DNA of 64,000 nt from an uncultured Ignavibacteriales bacterium. GTDB taxonomy: Bacteria; Zixibacteria; MSB-5A5; GN15; FEB-12. The stretch lies in the NCBI GenBank assembly GCA_964397415.1, contig CAYNIJ010000016.1, positions 5,048 to 69,047 of the forward strand. Direction: 5' to 3'. The position numbers were made by a program, and so were the translations under genes. Below the pieces are notes generated by a model. That model saw nothing but the letters and a program-made list of their open reading frames with translations. It ran no database searches and had not been told where the DNA came from. Positions 27,542 to 37,436 of this stretch are shown here, piece by piece. Position 1 is the stretch's first letter. The number at the start of each line of letters is the position of its first letter.

Positions 27542-29374
27542 TCATTTTGTTCTGATCAACAGCTCACCACGCAGCATATTGACAACGGCGGAATCAGCAT
27601 CCGCCTGACCATTTACATCGAGGACGATCAGGAGCGCGTTTAGCTGCGCGCTCTCCGCGGTTAGATGGAGTGGAGTTCGAGTTGTGTCATTCTCCTGATG
27701 TTTTTTGCCCGCTACGATCATGTCCTCGGTCAAGTCGAGGATGATGCTATCAGTGACAGTCGAATCGGTGAGTCGTCTGACAGTCAGTTCCGCGGTCCGG
27801 TCGTTGAAGGTTATACGCAGTGAGTCAGCGCCCAACGCTCGAGTCACGGTTGTTTCCTGTCGGTCAGAGTATTCGATATTGACCGGTATCAGGTACTCGT
27901 ACTGAGATACCTCAACCGCCGTACTTTGATCAAAGCGCCGATTGAACCATTGCCCCTGCCAGTTTTGATCCCAATATCCGTAGTATTGACCGGCATACTC
28001 AAAGCCCATTAGCTTGGCAATATCATCGCCGACATATCGGTCGCCGGTAGGGATTGAAGCGAGAGTTGAATCGGAGAACCAGAGAGAGAATGGCTCACGG
28101 CCATGCCAACTGTTCAGATAGTCAATGACCGAGCTCATGGTTTGACGCTCTTCAAGATCGATAGTGACTTGCGTAGGAGCAGCATCTCCCGTCAGAACGA
28201 TGTCATGGGCGCGGAGTTTGGCATCGAGGCGGGAGGTCTGGCTCCACTCGGCGATGGAGAACGCGCTCTGCGGACCATAGGCGGAGAGTACTGCAACGGC
28301 AAAAACCACGATCGGGATGAGTCGAATATCCTTTTTGCGACTGAAGACGAAGTAGAGAACCACCACCGCAAGACCGCAGGCCATGGCGATAACAATGTAG
28401 CGATTGACTGTCACGCCATATTCGCCGATGCGCTCGAAGATCGCGAGAAACAGCATCACAAGCAGAGGAACGAGCAGTCGGAAGAACCATCGGGTGAATT
28501 TGCCTATCCAGTTATGTTCCGCTTTCTCGCGCAATGGCCAGAGCAACAGGATTGCGAGAATACTGACCACTGAATACCAGAGAACTAATTGCGATACCCA
28601 GCCGCGCGGCCAGTTCCACTGGAAAACGATCTTAAGTCCGTAGGCGTAGAGAATGATCAGGTAGAGCCCAACGAGTGGGAGCAGTATGTACTGCGTGAAG
28701 ATACGCAGCCCGCGCGGGTAGTCGGTCTGTTCGTTCAAATTGTTCAGGTCCTCCGGGATACCGGAAATGAACAACCAGGTAGTGAAGAAACCTGCGCAGA
28801 TCGCCCAGAGTTGCATGTAGATCTCATTGTCAAAATCGAAATCAAACAGCGTCTTGAGTGCCCAGAGCGCAATAGCGAGCCCCCCAAACATGACGGCGGA
28901 GAAAAGTCCTGAGGTCAGGAAGCGAAGAAAGAGCGCCTTGTTGTATTGCCAAAACCCCTGCATCTGATCGCCGCCCAAAAACGGGAGAAAGGCGGCCAGG
29001 ACATGGAACGCCACCGCCAGCATCATGAGACGGACCACATAGATATGTGGATGGCTGATGTCTGTCGGCATGGAAAGGAAGACCGCCGCGAGCAGGAGCA
29101 GGCCGAGCGCCTGAGTGCCATAATTGGCGAGACGACTCATGCGACGCTTCTCGGCGAATGCGGCCAGCGCGGTGAAGAGAGGAAGCCCCAGCGCGGAGAA
29201 GGCGGCCCATTTCTGAAGATGCGGGTCAGTCGGGAAGACATCGCGCTCGATCAACATCACCAGAAAAAGTGAAGCGAGCAGACCCGAGATGAGGGTTAAC
29301 GGAAAGCGGACCACCCCGCGAGCGGCGTTGCGCGCCAGATATTCGTAGGATGGAAATCTCGTAAACCAGGCCAT
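27542..29374 (-). CDS. Large multi-pass membrane protein (DUF4153-like)
   Basis: 610 aa. The N-terminal ~400 aa are strongly hydrophobic with many TM segments, and the C-terminal ~200 aa look soluble. Confidence 0.6.
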   Translation of the reverse strand: MAWFTRFPSYEYLARNAARGVVRFPLTLISGLLASLFLVMLIERDVFPTDPHLQKWAAFSALGLPLFTALAAFAEKRRMSRLANYGTQALGLLLLAAVFLSMPTDISHPHIYVVRLMMLAVAFHVLAAFLPFLGGDQMQGFWQYNKALFLRFLTSGLFSAVMFGGLAIALWALKTLFDFDFDNEIYMQLWAICAGFFTTWLFISGIPEDLNNLNEQTDYPRGLRIFTQYILLPLVGLYLIILYAYGLKIVFQWNWPRGWVSQLVLWYSVVSILAILLLWPLREKAEHNWIGKFTRWFFRLLVPLLVMLFLAIFERIGEYGVTVNRYIVIAMACGLAVVVLYFVFSRKKDIRLIPIVVFAVAVLSAYGPQSAFSIAEWSQTSRLDAKLRAHDIVLTGDAAPTQVTIDLEERQTMSSVIDYLNSWHGREPFSLWFSDSTLASIPTGDRYVGDDIAKLMGFEYAGQYYGYWDQNWQGQWFNRRFDQSTAVEVSQYEYLIPVNIEYSDRQETTVTRALGADSLRITFNDRTAELTVRRLTDSTVTDSIILDLTEDMIVAGKKHQENDTTRTPLHLTAESAQLNALLIVLDVNGQADADSAVVNMLRGELLIRTK

Positions 29375-29612
29375 AGGTCACCTCCTATTGTGTGCCCGAA
29401 GAAATGTTGCACCGGGTCGATCCGACTAACAACTTAAAACTGCCTGACGGAGTCCCTACTTTCGACCCTCACTTTTCTTCCTGTCCCATTCCACATTGAA
29501 GGCATCTGTCGCATCTTGTCGCAGATCGACGCAATCTACTTGCCCTGCATTGCGGGGATTGGTAGCTTCATGTGGGACCACTCGGTACACGGTTTCGCAG
29601 CACTGGAGTGTT

Positions 29613-30815
29613 ATGAAGATATTATGTACAACGATCCTCTGGTTCGGACTGCTAGTCACTACCACACTTTCGGCTGATCCAGCTGGAGTGTCTGTCGAAG
29701 TCGCCTGGAGGTTCACGCCCCGAGGGCCGATCTTCGGTTCCCCCTCCCTCGATGGCGGGACTATCTACGTTGGTTCTCTTGATTCCACTTTTTACGCGAT
29801 AGACCTATTGAGCGGCAAAGAGCGATGGCATTTTGTCACGGGTGGCGAGATCCGCTCGACCGCACTTGTAGACGCATCGGCGGTCTATTTCGTCTCGGGT
29901 GACGGAAGCCTCTACAGCCTGGACAAGACCAATGGCCAAAAGCGATGGTCGTTCGCCATGGAGCGAGAAGTGAAGTTCGATTTTGCGGACTATTACCAGT
30001 CCTCGCCACGACTTCACAATGGCGTTCTCTACGTCGGTTCGGGAGATGGGCATATCTACGCAATCGAGGCGAGTACCGGATCGCCTGTTTGGCAATTTCC
30101 GACTGGCGGCCCAGTGCATGCAACCCCCGCACTCTCGAAAGACAAGCTGTTTGTTGGGTCTTTCGATGGGTACTTCTATGCGCTCAACGCACTATCCGGA
30201 GACATGCTGTGGAAATTCAAGTCCGTCGGACATCGCTACTTTCCCAACGGTGAGTTTATGGGGACTCCGGCCGTCGGAATGGACTTGGTGTATGTGGGAG
30301 CGAGAGATTACAACCTCTATGCACTTGATCAGGACAGTGGTTTTTGCCATTGGAACAAATCGTTTGTGCGAGGATGGGCATTGTCTAATACGGTGCGCGA
30401 TTCGGTCTTGTTCACAGGAACATCCGATGACCGATTACTTATCGCCTCGGGAGTTCGCAGTGGGCGCGAATTCTGGAAAACGAATCTGGGATTCAATATT
30501 TTCGGCGGATTAGCCTTCGACGATTCGCTTGGGTACATCGGCACATTGATCGGCAAGTTGCATGCGGTGAACCTGATCACCGGCCAATTGCTCTGGTCAT
30601 TCGCCACGGATGGATACACTAGGAATCACGCAAAGTACTTTAAGGCAGATGACTCGTTCCGTGATGACATCTTTGAGATTGTCAAGAGCGACGAAGCTTT
30701 CATCGATGTTGAGTATGAGATCGGGGCGATCTTCTCAACACCGGTGATTTCAGGAAATCACATATTGGTAACCTCAACCGACGGTACCGTTTACTGCCTG
30801 AATAAGCCACGGTAA
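29613..30815 (+). CDS. PQQ-like beta-propeller repeat protein (BamB-like fold)
   Basis: Start is taken at MKILCTTILWFGLLVTTTLSA (signal peptide). Repeated ...G.(V/L)Y(V/F)GS.DG..YA(L/I)D..(S/T)G...W motifs. The track ORF starts at 29496. Confidence 0.8.
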   Translation: MKILCTTILWFGLLVTTTLSADPAGVSVEVAWRFTPRGPIFGSPSLDGGTIYVGSLDSTFYAIDLLSGKERWHFVTGGEIRSTALVDASAVYFVSGDGSLYSLDKTNGQKRWSFAMEREVKFDFADYYQSSPRLHNGVLYVGSGDGHIYAIEASTGSPVWQFPTGGPVHATPALSKDKLFVGSFDGYFYALNALSGDMLWKFKSVGHRYFPNGEFMGTPAVGMDLVYVGARDYNLYALDQDSGFCHWNKSFVRGWALSNTVRDSVLFTGTSDDRLLIASGVRSGREFWKTNLGFNIFGGLAFDDSLGYIGTLIGKLHAVNLITGQLLWSFATDGYTRNHAKYFKADDSFRDDIFEIVKSDEAFIDVEYEIGAIFSTPVISGNHILVTSTDGTVYCLNKPR

Positions 30816-31319
30816 TCAGCTCAGCAGCTCTCGGACAGCTTGCGCGCCGACCCCTTCACTACTTCCGGTCACTAACCGTCGATGGTAGTCGATCTGGCCA
30901 AGATGGTAGGCGAAGTGGGTCGCCAGGTGAACCAGGAATTGCCCGGTAACTGGACGGCACTTGCCTACTTCAATAGGGTACACCTCACCGATCTTGGAGT
31001 CAGGGAGTGCGGCAAGGGTTGTCTCGATCTCTCTGATCGCGTCCGCAATTGTTGCTTTGATCTGTTCTCTGAGGACAGGTTGACCGGAGAATTCGAACTC
31101 GCGATCCCGCACATAACCCGAGTTGCCGAGGACAGTTCCAATGAAGTGGCGGGTGTTGCCGATCAGATGGAGAGCTAATGTCCCGGCGGAGTTCTTCAGA
31201 CCATGCGGCGTAGACCATATCTGGGATTCATCTCTGTATCCGTCGAGTTCTCGCGCAAGGGTTTGAAGGTCGCGCACGAGTACTTTGGAAAGATAGGCTT
31301 GTAGTGACACGCTATTCAT
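30816..31319 (-). CDS. DinB-family protein
   Basis: Four-helix DinB pattern with conserved His residues (HLIGN..HF, HFAYHLGQ). Start chosen at MNSVSLQAYL. Confidence 0.7.
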   Translation of the reverse strand: MNSVSLQAYLSKVLVRDLQTLARELDGYRDESQIWSTPHGLKNSAGTLALHLIGNTRHFIGTVLGNSGYVRDREFEFSGQPVLREQIKATIADAIREIETTLAALPDSKIGEVYPIEVGKCRPVTGQFLVHLATHFAYHLGQIDYHRRLVTGSSEGVGAQAVRELLS

Positions 31320-31321
31320 CC

Positions 31322-31828
31322 TTATGGGTGGAGTTGGTCTTTTGCCCGAAAGACCCACCCCGGCGCTGAATCGACTGTCTGTCGCATGATCAGGTTCATC
31401 TGGGCCGCATGATGCTGGCAGTGGCGCATATTGTATAGGAATTTCTCGGCGACCGTGATATGGGTATTGCCATAATGATAGGGTTGTGTACTTACTTCTT
31501 CCGTCAATCGGGAAAGCGCGCGCTTGGCATTAGCCCTGGCATGGGCCAAAAACTCAAGCAGTTCTTGTTTGGAGTAAACTCGCGGAGGCAGCAGACCCGC
31601 GGGGTCGAGTTCTTCCAGTCCGAACGGCTCAGGTGGGCGGTATGCCTCGCCAGTGTCTTGCATATACAGGTCAAGCCAGAAGATGGTGTGGAAAGCGAGA
31701 TACCAGTACTGCGGTTCGCGTGATTGATCGGACCAGAGCGAATCGGGGCAGAGCTCGATACTCCTCTTGATCGAGTCAATTGATGCTCCAAACTGGAGCC
31801 AGATAAGGTCTTTCCACACTTCATGCAT
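31322..31828 (-). CDS. DinB-family protein (second)
   Basis: 168 aa with His-containing helices (...AFHTIFWLD..., ...RHCQHHAAQM...). Confidence 0.7.
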   Translation of the reverse strand: MHEVWKDLIWLQFGASIDSIKRSIELCPDSLWSDQSREPQYWYLAFHTIFWLDLYMQDTGEAYRPPEPFGLEELDPAGLLPPRVYSKQELLEFLAHARANAKRALSRLTEEVSTQPYHYGNTHITVAEKFLYNMRHCQHHAAQMNLIMRQTVDSAPGWVFRAKDQLHP

Positions 31829-31910
31829 ACGATGTTCTTCTCCCTATCCTCGCCCCGAAACAAAATAGAGGTCAGTCGACAAGAAGCATATCACAATCAG
31901 AGTTCGATGA

Positions 31911-32339
31911 TCACCCTTTGAACCCGACCTTGGTGTGGGTGCCGTCGCAAAACGGCTTTTTGCCGGATTGACCACATCGACAAAGCGCGGTCTTGCGGTC
32001 CTTGCTCTCTTCGCGTCCATCGGCATGTTTGAGAGTGATCCGCCCGGAGACGATAAACGGACCATCGGATGTTACTTCGATTACAGTGGAAGGATCGTTG
32101 GCTGGCATGACTTCCGTTCCCGCGTTTCTCTCCCAGGACAACGCGCCAGATGGGCACTTGTCGACCTGGGCCATTATCTGTTCCGAAGTGGCACCATCCA
32201 TTTTCACCCACGGCCGTTCCTTTGGCTGAAAAACCGAACCGAGTCCTTTCCAGCACAGGGTCGAGTGGATGCAAAGATCCGGCTTCCAGACCACCGTTAT
32301 CTCGCTGTTGGTGTATTTCTTGGTTATCTCATCGCGCAT
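31911..32339 (-). CDS. Fe-S protein: divergent 4Fe-4S mono-cluster domain plus CDGSH domain
   Basis: Contains CIHSTLC...CPSGAL and the CDGSH signature CRCGQSGKKPFCDGTH. Start chosen at MRDEITKKY. Confidence 0.75.
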   Translation of the reverse strand: MRDEITKKYTNSEITVVWKPDLCIHSTLCWKGLGSVFQPKERPWVKMDGATSEQIMAQVDKCPSGALSWERNAGTEVMPANDPSTVIEVTSDGPFIVSGRITLKHADGREESKDRKTALCRCGQSGKKPFCDGTHTKVGFKG

Positions 32340-32355
32340 GTGGTCTGATCCCTTT

Positions 32356-32640
32356 CTATTTGATCGCGACATCGGCATACTCGGTATGCCGCTCGAATTC
32401 CTTTTTGGCGAATGGGCAGAGCGGTACGATCCTGAATTGCTTCTCTCGGGCGAGATCCACTCCCGCTTTCACTAGTCGTGCTCCGACTCCCTGCCCTTTG
32501 AGCGTCGGCGAGACCTCGGTATGGTCGATTATCATGAGGACGGAAGTGGACATGACGTAGGTCATTTCGGCGACCCGTTGGCCATCCTGTTCGATGAAGA
32601 AGCTCCCCTTGGAACCGTCGAAGCTGTGTTGAATCTCCAT
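32356..32640 (-). CDS. Small GNAT-fold acetyltransferase (YjdJ-like)
   Basis: 94 aa with ...LKGQGVGARLV... and ...IVPLCPFA..., as in the short GNAT family. Confidence 0.75.
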   Translation of the reverse strand: MEIQHSFDGSKGSFFIEQDGQRVAEMTYVMSTSVLMIIDHTEVSPTLKGQGVGARLVKAGVDLAREKQFRIVPLCPFAKKEFERHTEYADVAIK

Positions 32641-32721
32641 GGGTCCTCAGATGTGGTTGAAATGATTGAGCGCACCGGTGATATAACGTCAAACATAAGA
32701 GGAGACGCGGCTGTTCCGGAC

Positions 32722-32757
32722 CAAAAAAGAAAACCGGCAGCGTGTGGCTGCCGGTTT
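32722..32757 (-). terminator. Intrinsic terminator after the DUF4397-T9SS gene
   Basis: Minus strand reads AAACCGGCAGC-CACAC-GCUGCCGGUUU followed by UCUUUUUUGG. Confidence 0.75.
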
Positions 32758-32779
32758 CCAGTCGTCCGAGAACCGATTG

Positions 32780-34543
32780 TTACTTAAGCAAGCTCATCTT
32801 CTTGCTCTGCGTCACTCCTCCCGCTGTGAGACGGTAGAAGTACACCCCCGAAGACAGACTCGAGGCATCAAACTGAACCGTGTGTGAACCGGCGCCCATG
32901 GGGCCATCCACCAAAGACGCGACCTCCTGACCGATCACGTTGTACACCTTCAGGGAGACATCTGACGGCGCCGGCAACGAGAATTCGATCGTCGTGGTCG
33001 GGTTGAACGGGTTAGGGTAATTCTGATTCAAAGCGAACTCAGACGGGAGACTGCCTTCAACCTTGGCCAATCCAGCCGAAGCATCAACCGCGGGCAGAGC
33101 GACGACCGTGCCATTCGGCAGAGCGGCAAAGAGACCAAAGGCGGCGCCATTCTGGTTAGCGGACGGATTCAGAAATCCGGACGCAAAGACGATCGCCGCG
33201 CCACCGGCCAGACCGCGAAGGTCAGCTTCAAAGGAAGCGACGACGGTCTTGTTGTCACCAGACGGAGTCACATCAAGGATGTATTTCCAAGCCGGCAGCA
33301 AGCGACGATCAGAGAAGGAACCATACGAGAGGTTGTTGATGATCGGGATCCGGACTTTCCCGAGCTGCGGCACAACATCAACCGCGGGGGCATCAGTCGC
33401 GCCATGGAAGGCCACCAGGCTCACGAAGTGACCATAGGGGGCTTTCTCTGCGATTCCTTCCTGCGGATAGAGTGAGAAACCGATCGGAAGGCCGTCCGGA
33501 TTCTCGGCAAAGCTGTTCGGGTCGAGCACCCCGTTAGCCATCGCTACATAGGTACGACCTGGAGTCAGAGTGACCGTAAACGTCGCGAGCGCATCCGAAG
33601 CGCTGGTGCTGGTGCCCGGAGCGACGCCGATCTCAAGCGGTGTCCCGGCCGGAACATCCACAAAAGGCGTAGCAGTGCGGAACGCGAAATTATCGAGAAG
33701 CAGGCCACCATTGACGTAGACATCTACCATCTCAGCGGCCGGATCGGCGGCATTGTGGATCACCTGCAGACGGGCAGACGTGATCTGCGGAAGCTCGACC
33801 ACGGTGCCATTCGGCAGCGCGGCGAAGAGACCAAAGGCGGCGCCATTCTGATTGGCCGCAGGATTGAGGAAGCCGGAGGCAAAGACCACGGCCGCGCCGC
33901 CGGCCAAGCCGGACAGGTCAGCCTCATACGCCGCCACAACGGTGTTCTCATCGCCTGCTGGCGTGACATTGATCTGATATTTGCGCGGTGAAAGGTCTCG
34001 GTAACCCGAAAACTCGCCGTATGAAAGGTCGCTCACCAGGGTCCAGGAGTTCTTGCCGGTGACGCGGACATCAACGGCCGGAGCATCGGTCGCGCCGTGG
34101 AAGACGTTCAGATCGACATTGCGGCGCCAGCTGGCCTTCTCGCGCATCTTATCCTTCGCGAAAAGTGTGAAACCAATCGACTTGCCATCGGGGTTCGCCG
34201 AGAAGGCGTTCGGATTCAGTACGCCGTCGGCGACCGCTACATAAATCTTCCCTCGCTGCAGGGTGACAGGGATGGTGGCAAGTATGTCGGCTGAGGATGA
34301 GCTGGTTCCCGGAGCGACGCCGATATTCAACTGCACTTCGGCGGGAACATCGATAAACGGAGTCGCCGCGCGAAACGCGAAATCGTTGAGGAGGAGTTCG
34401 CCGTTAACGTAGATGTCGACGACGGCTGCCGCCGGATCGGCCGCATTGTGAATCACTTGCAAGCGGGCTGTCTTAGCGCGATTCGCGAAAGCAGAGGTCG
34501 CCAGTAGGGCCAGCGCCGCGACGAGAATTAGTAAGCGTTTCAT
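32780..34543 (-). CDS. Secreted protein with two DUF4397-like modules and a T9SS C-terminal sorting domain
   Basis: 587 aa with a signal peptide. The block ARLQVIHNAADPAA...VYVNG.LLL..FAFR.ATPF.DVPA occurs twice. The C-terminus is NQNYPNPFNPTTTIEFSLP...GVYFYRL......KKMSLLK. Confidence 0.8.
   Translation of the reverse strand: MKRLLILVAALALLATSAFANRAKTARLQVIHNAADPAAAVVDIYVNGELLLNDFAFRAATPFIDVPAEVQLNIGVAPGTSSSSADILATIPVTLQRGKIYVAVADGVLNPNAFSANPDGKSIGFTLFAKDKMREKASWRRNVDLNVFHGATDAPAVDVRVTGKNSWTLVSDLSYGEFSGYRDLSPRKYQINVTPAGDENTVVAAYEADLSGLAGGAAVVFASGFLNPAANQNGAAFGLFAALPNGTVVELPQITSARLQVIHNAADPAAEMVDVYVNGGLLLDNFAFRTATPFVDVPAGTPLEIGVAPGTSTSASDALATFTVTLTPGRTYVAMANGVLDPNSFAENPDGLPIGFSLYPQEGIAEKAPYGHFVSLVAFHGATDAPAVDVVPQLGKVRIPIINNLSYGSFSDRRLLPAWKYILDVTPSGDNKTVVASFEADLRGLAGGAAIVFASGFLNPSANQNGAAFGLFAALPNGTVVALPAVDASAGLAKVEGSLPSEFALNQNYPNPFNPTTTIEFSLPAPSDVSLKVYNVIGQEVASLVDGPMGAGSHTVQFDASSLSSGVYFYRLTAGGVTQSKKMSLLK
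33050..34465 (-). repeat. Intragenic tandem duplication (about 2 x 708 nt) within the DUF4397 gene
   Basis: Protein residues ~27-262 and ~263-498 align end to end. Long near-identical nucleotide runs exist, e.g. gagaccaaaggcggcgccattctg in both halves. Confidence 0.7.
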
Positions 34544-34627
34544 CTTCTTGTGCTCCCAGTTTCTATTGGGTTCTTGTTTATAGGTACGGGCCCCGGCATC
34601 GTCCAGCCGAGGCCCGAACTTGTCTGG

Positions 34628-35311
34628 TTAGTTGTTGACGATTATCTCCGCGCCAAGCGCCTGGGCGGCCGCGCCGCCGACAAACCCTTTGGCGAAGACG
34701 GTGTAGATCTCACCAGCGGTGAGGGTAATACCGTTCAGGCTGAGCACTACGGTGTTGTTGGTCGCAGCATCGCGAACCTGGAGGTCGTAGGTTCCGGCGT
34801 CAAGCGGAGTGAAGTCGGTCGCCTGCTTGAACGCTTTGTTTCCGAACACTATGGTGCCGTTGGTCAGGGTGATATTCACCGCCGGGGCATTAGGAGAGAG
34901 GTGAACAAAGCGAACATGCGCCTTGCCAGCGGCCGGCATCGCCAGATTATCCTCGAGCACAACGGCTGAGATCTTGCTGACGGAATCCACCGCAAAAACA
35001 GAGTAATTGGTGTTCGCCGTAAGCGCGAGGTCGGCGTTGATTACGGTCGTCGTAGTACCGGTCACATTGACTTTCACATTGCGGGTTCCGGCGTTCACCG
35101 CGAGATAACCGGTATTATCCGGGAAGGCCAGGCCGGTGCCGGCCACCGAGTTGTCGACCAGCAGGTCAACGGCGGGCGCATTCGGCGAAGCGTGAACGAC
35201 CATCACATTGGCTTTGGGCTGGGAAGCGACTGGATTGTCGTCGTCGCTGCAGGAGGTGATCGCCAGCGGAAGCGCGGCGAGCATCGTCACGAGAATTGCT
35301 TTCTTAAACAT
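34628..35311 (-). CDS. DUF4397-like lipoprotein
   Basis: 227 aa with lipobox LAITSC, plus VHASPNAPAVDL and HLSPNAPAVNI repeats as in DUF4397. Confidence 0.75.
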   Translation of the reverse strand: MFKKAILVTMLAALPLAITSCSDDDNPVASQPKANVMVVHASPNAPAVDLLVDNSVAGTGLAFPDNTGYLAVNAGTRNVKVNVTGTTTTVINADLALTANTNYSVFAVDSVSKISAVVLEDNLAMPAAGKAHVRFVHLSPNAPAVNITLTNGTIVFGNKAFKQATDFTPLDAGTYDLQVRDAATNNTVVLSLNGITLTAGEIYTVFAKGFVGGAAAQALGAEIIVNN

Positions 35312-35406
35312 TGGTTGGCTCCTCTATTTGTTTTCGTTTTTGTCAGTTTGGGTCGGGTCGCGCCAGCAATAGGCGGCACGACCCGTTCGATCAGTTCTCA
35401 GTGATG

Positions 35407-35928
35407 TTATTCTTTCTCTTTGGGCAGGATGACCGTGTCGATGACGTGGATCACGCCATTCGAAGCGGCGATATCCGTCTTTACGACCTTGGCGTTATCC
35501 ACCATGACGCCATCTTTGTTGGTGGTGATCTTCACACTCTGGCCATTGACGGTCTTGGCTTCAGTCAGCTTGACGACATCGGCGGCTTTGACTTCGCCGG
35601 CGACAACGTGATAGGTCAGAATGGCGGTCAGTTTCGCTTCGTCCTTGAGCAGGGCCTCAACGGTTCCCGCCGGGAGTTTCTTGAACGCTTCGTCGGTCGG
35701 CGCAAAGACGGTGAACGGACCTTTACCCTTCAGGGTCTCGACCAAACCGGCGGCTTGAACTGCAGTAACCAGTGTGGTAAAGCTACCGGCAGAGACCGCG
35801 GTCTCAACGATATCCATCTGCTTGACCGGAGCCTTTTTGTCGGTGTCACCCGCCTGAGCGGTGACGAACAGGCCCATCAGGGCGATAGCGAGTGCGCTTG
35901 CGCGCGCGAATGTTTTCAGAGTCTTCAT
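35407..35928 (-). CDS. Secreted fasciclin (FAS1) domain protein
   Basis: Start chosen at [29 protein letters not shown]1 motifs are [11 protein letters not shown] and [11 protein letters not shown]. The track ORF extends to 36069. Confidence 0.85.
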   Translation of the reverse strand: MKTLKTFARASALAIALMGLFVTAQAGDTDKKAPVKQMDIVETAVSAGSFTTLVTAVQAAGLVETLKGKGPFTVFAPTDEAFKKLPAGTVEALLKDEAKLTAILTYHVVAGEVKAADVVKLTEAKTVNGQSVKITTNKDGVMVDNAKVVKTDIAASNGVIHVIDTVILPKEKE

Positions 35929-35980
35929 TGTAGTTGTGTCCTTTTTTTCAAACTTCTTCACGTTTATTGAGAATTCAGAG

Positions 35981-36202
35981 TTAGGCGCGGGCCGCAGCCA
36001 TTCCCCAGCGACGCTGGATCGCTTTCCACTGCAGCATCTGATAGATGGCGCAGGCGCCAACCACGACATAGACCAGGCGGCTCAACATCGTGGTGTCACC
36101 GAACAGCGTGGCGACCAAATCAAAATTGAGAAAGCCGACCAAACCCCAGTTAAGGCCACCGATGACCAGCAGCAGCGCGACGATTGTGTCTACAGATTTC
36201 AT
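35981..36202 (-). CDS. DUF378-family small membrane protein
   Basis: 73 aa with [11 protein letters not shown]...D.V and two TM helices. Confidence 0.8.
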   Translation of the reverse strand: MKSVDTIVALLLVIGGLNWGLVGFLNFDLVATLFGDTTMLSRLVYVVVGACAIYQMLQWKAIQRRWGMAAARA

Positions 36203-36494
36203 TTCTCTTCTCCTGTCTTAAGGGTTCGAGCGCCTCAGACGCTCGACCTGTTTGTTCATCGTTTGTCTATCGTTTGCCTAATTAAACTGACAAGAGTCGG
36301 TAGAAGTTCACGAAAAGCCAAGATTTTTGGAAAAATCGTATAATAGATTGGTATGTAGTATCTTAACTCTATGTCAAACCGAAACGGATGGACTGATTGC
36401 TTCAGAACTCGGAACTTTAGGCTTGTCTAATGTCTTAAGGTGGTGTATAGTATGTCTAACTTTTTGGATGATTGACACAACGGGTTATATAGTG

Positions 36495-37418
36495 ATGGAA
36501 CTAGCCAAAGAACCGGGACTGGGCATTCGGGCCGTGGCGAAACGACTCGGCATCAGCCAGCACTTGATAAGGGTGTGGGAAAAGCGCTATCGGGCGGTCA
36601 CACCCAATCGTACGGATACCAATCGTCGTCTCTATTCTGAAACCGAGATTGAGCATTTGCGCCTGCTTAATATGGCGGTGCAGGCTGGTCACAGGATCGG
36701 GGACATCGCGACCATGACCAATTCCGAATTGGAGCGTTTGATAGGATCCAAGATTGCAACCCTGCCGGCTGTCGAGTCGGAGAATCCGTCAGCGTACTTT
36801 ATGGAGCGCGCGCTCAAGGCTATCAGGAAGTTGGATGCGGAAGAGCTGGATGCTGTTCTCACCCTTGCGGAAGTTCAGCTTGGCCAGGCTGTAGTTCTGG
36901 ATAAGGTTATACTTCCGCTGATGGACCAGGTCGGGTCTCTTTGGAAAGAAGGGAACCTGCGAATCGCTCATGAACATATGGCGACCGCCTTGGTGAGTCA
37001 GCATGTGGGGGCGATGTTGCTTTCTCACCGATATCCGGCCAACGCACCGTCCATCGTGATCTCTACTCCAGCAGGGCAGTTGCATGAACTTGGCGCGATG
37101 ATCGCGGCGGTCCAGGCCGCGCTGGAAGGATGGCGCCCGATCTATCTGGGACCGAGTCTTCCGGCGGAAGAGATCGCCGGATCTGCTCAACAAACTGGAG
37201 CGACAGCGATCGCATTGAGTGTGGTGTTTCCCGCCGATGATCCTCGCTTGCCGGGTGAGATGGCCAGACTTCGCCGCCTGATCGGCGACCAGATCCCCAT
37301 CATCATGGGGGGATCAGCCGCTTATACCTATCAGTCAGCGTTGTTGGGTGCGGGAATCACTCTGGTAGATGACATGCATGGCCTGCGCCAGCAGTTGGCC
37401 GTGCTCCGCTCAGGTTGA
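36495..37418 (+). CDS. MerR-family regulator with C-terminal cobalamin-binding domain (CarH/LitR-like)
   Basis: Start chosen at MELAKEPGLGIRAVAKRLGIS (MerR HTH). The four-helix-bundle motif W-x9-E-H reads LWKEGNLRIAHEHM. The B12 motif is GQLHELG, followed by ...ALSVV... and ...IMGGS.... Confidence 0.8.
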   Translation: MELAKEPGLGIRAVAKRLGISQHLIRVWEKRYRAVTPNRTDTNRRLYSETEIEHLRLLNMAVQAGHRIGDIATMTNSELERLIGSKIATLPAVESENPSAYFMERALKAIRKLDAEELDAVLTLAEVQLGQAVVLDKVILPLMDQVGSLWKEGNLRIAHEHMATALVSQHVGAMLLSHRYPANAPSIVISTPAGQLHELGAMIAAVQAALEGWRPIYLGPSLPAEEIAGSAQQTGATAIALSVVFPADDPRLPGEMARLRRLIGDQIPIIMGGSAAYTYQSALLGAGITLVDDMHGLRQQLAVLRSG

Positions 37419-37436
37419 CCGCAAAGCTCAGACGGC

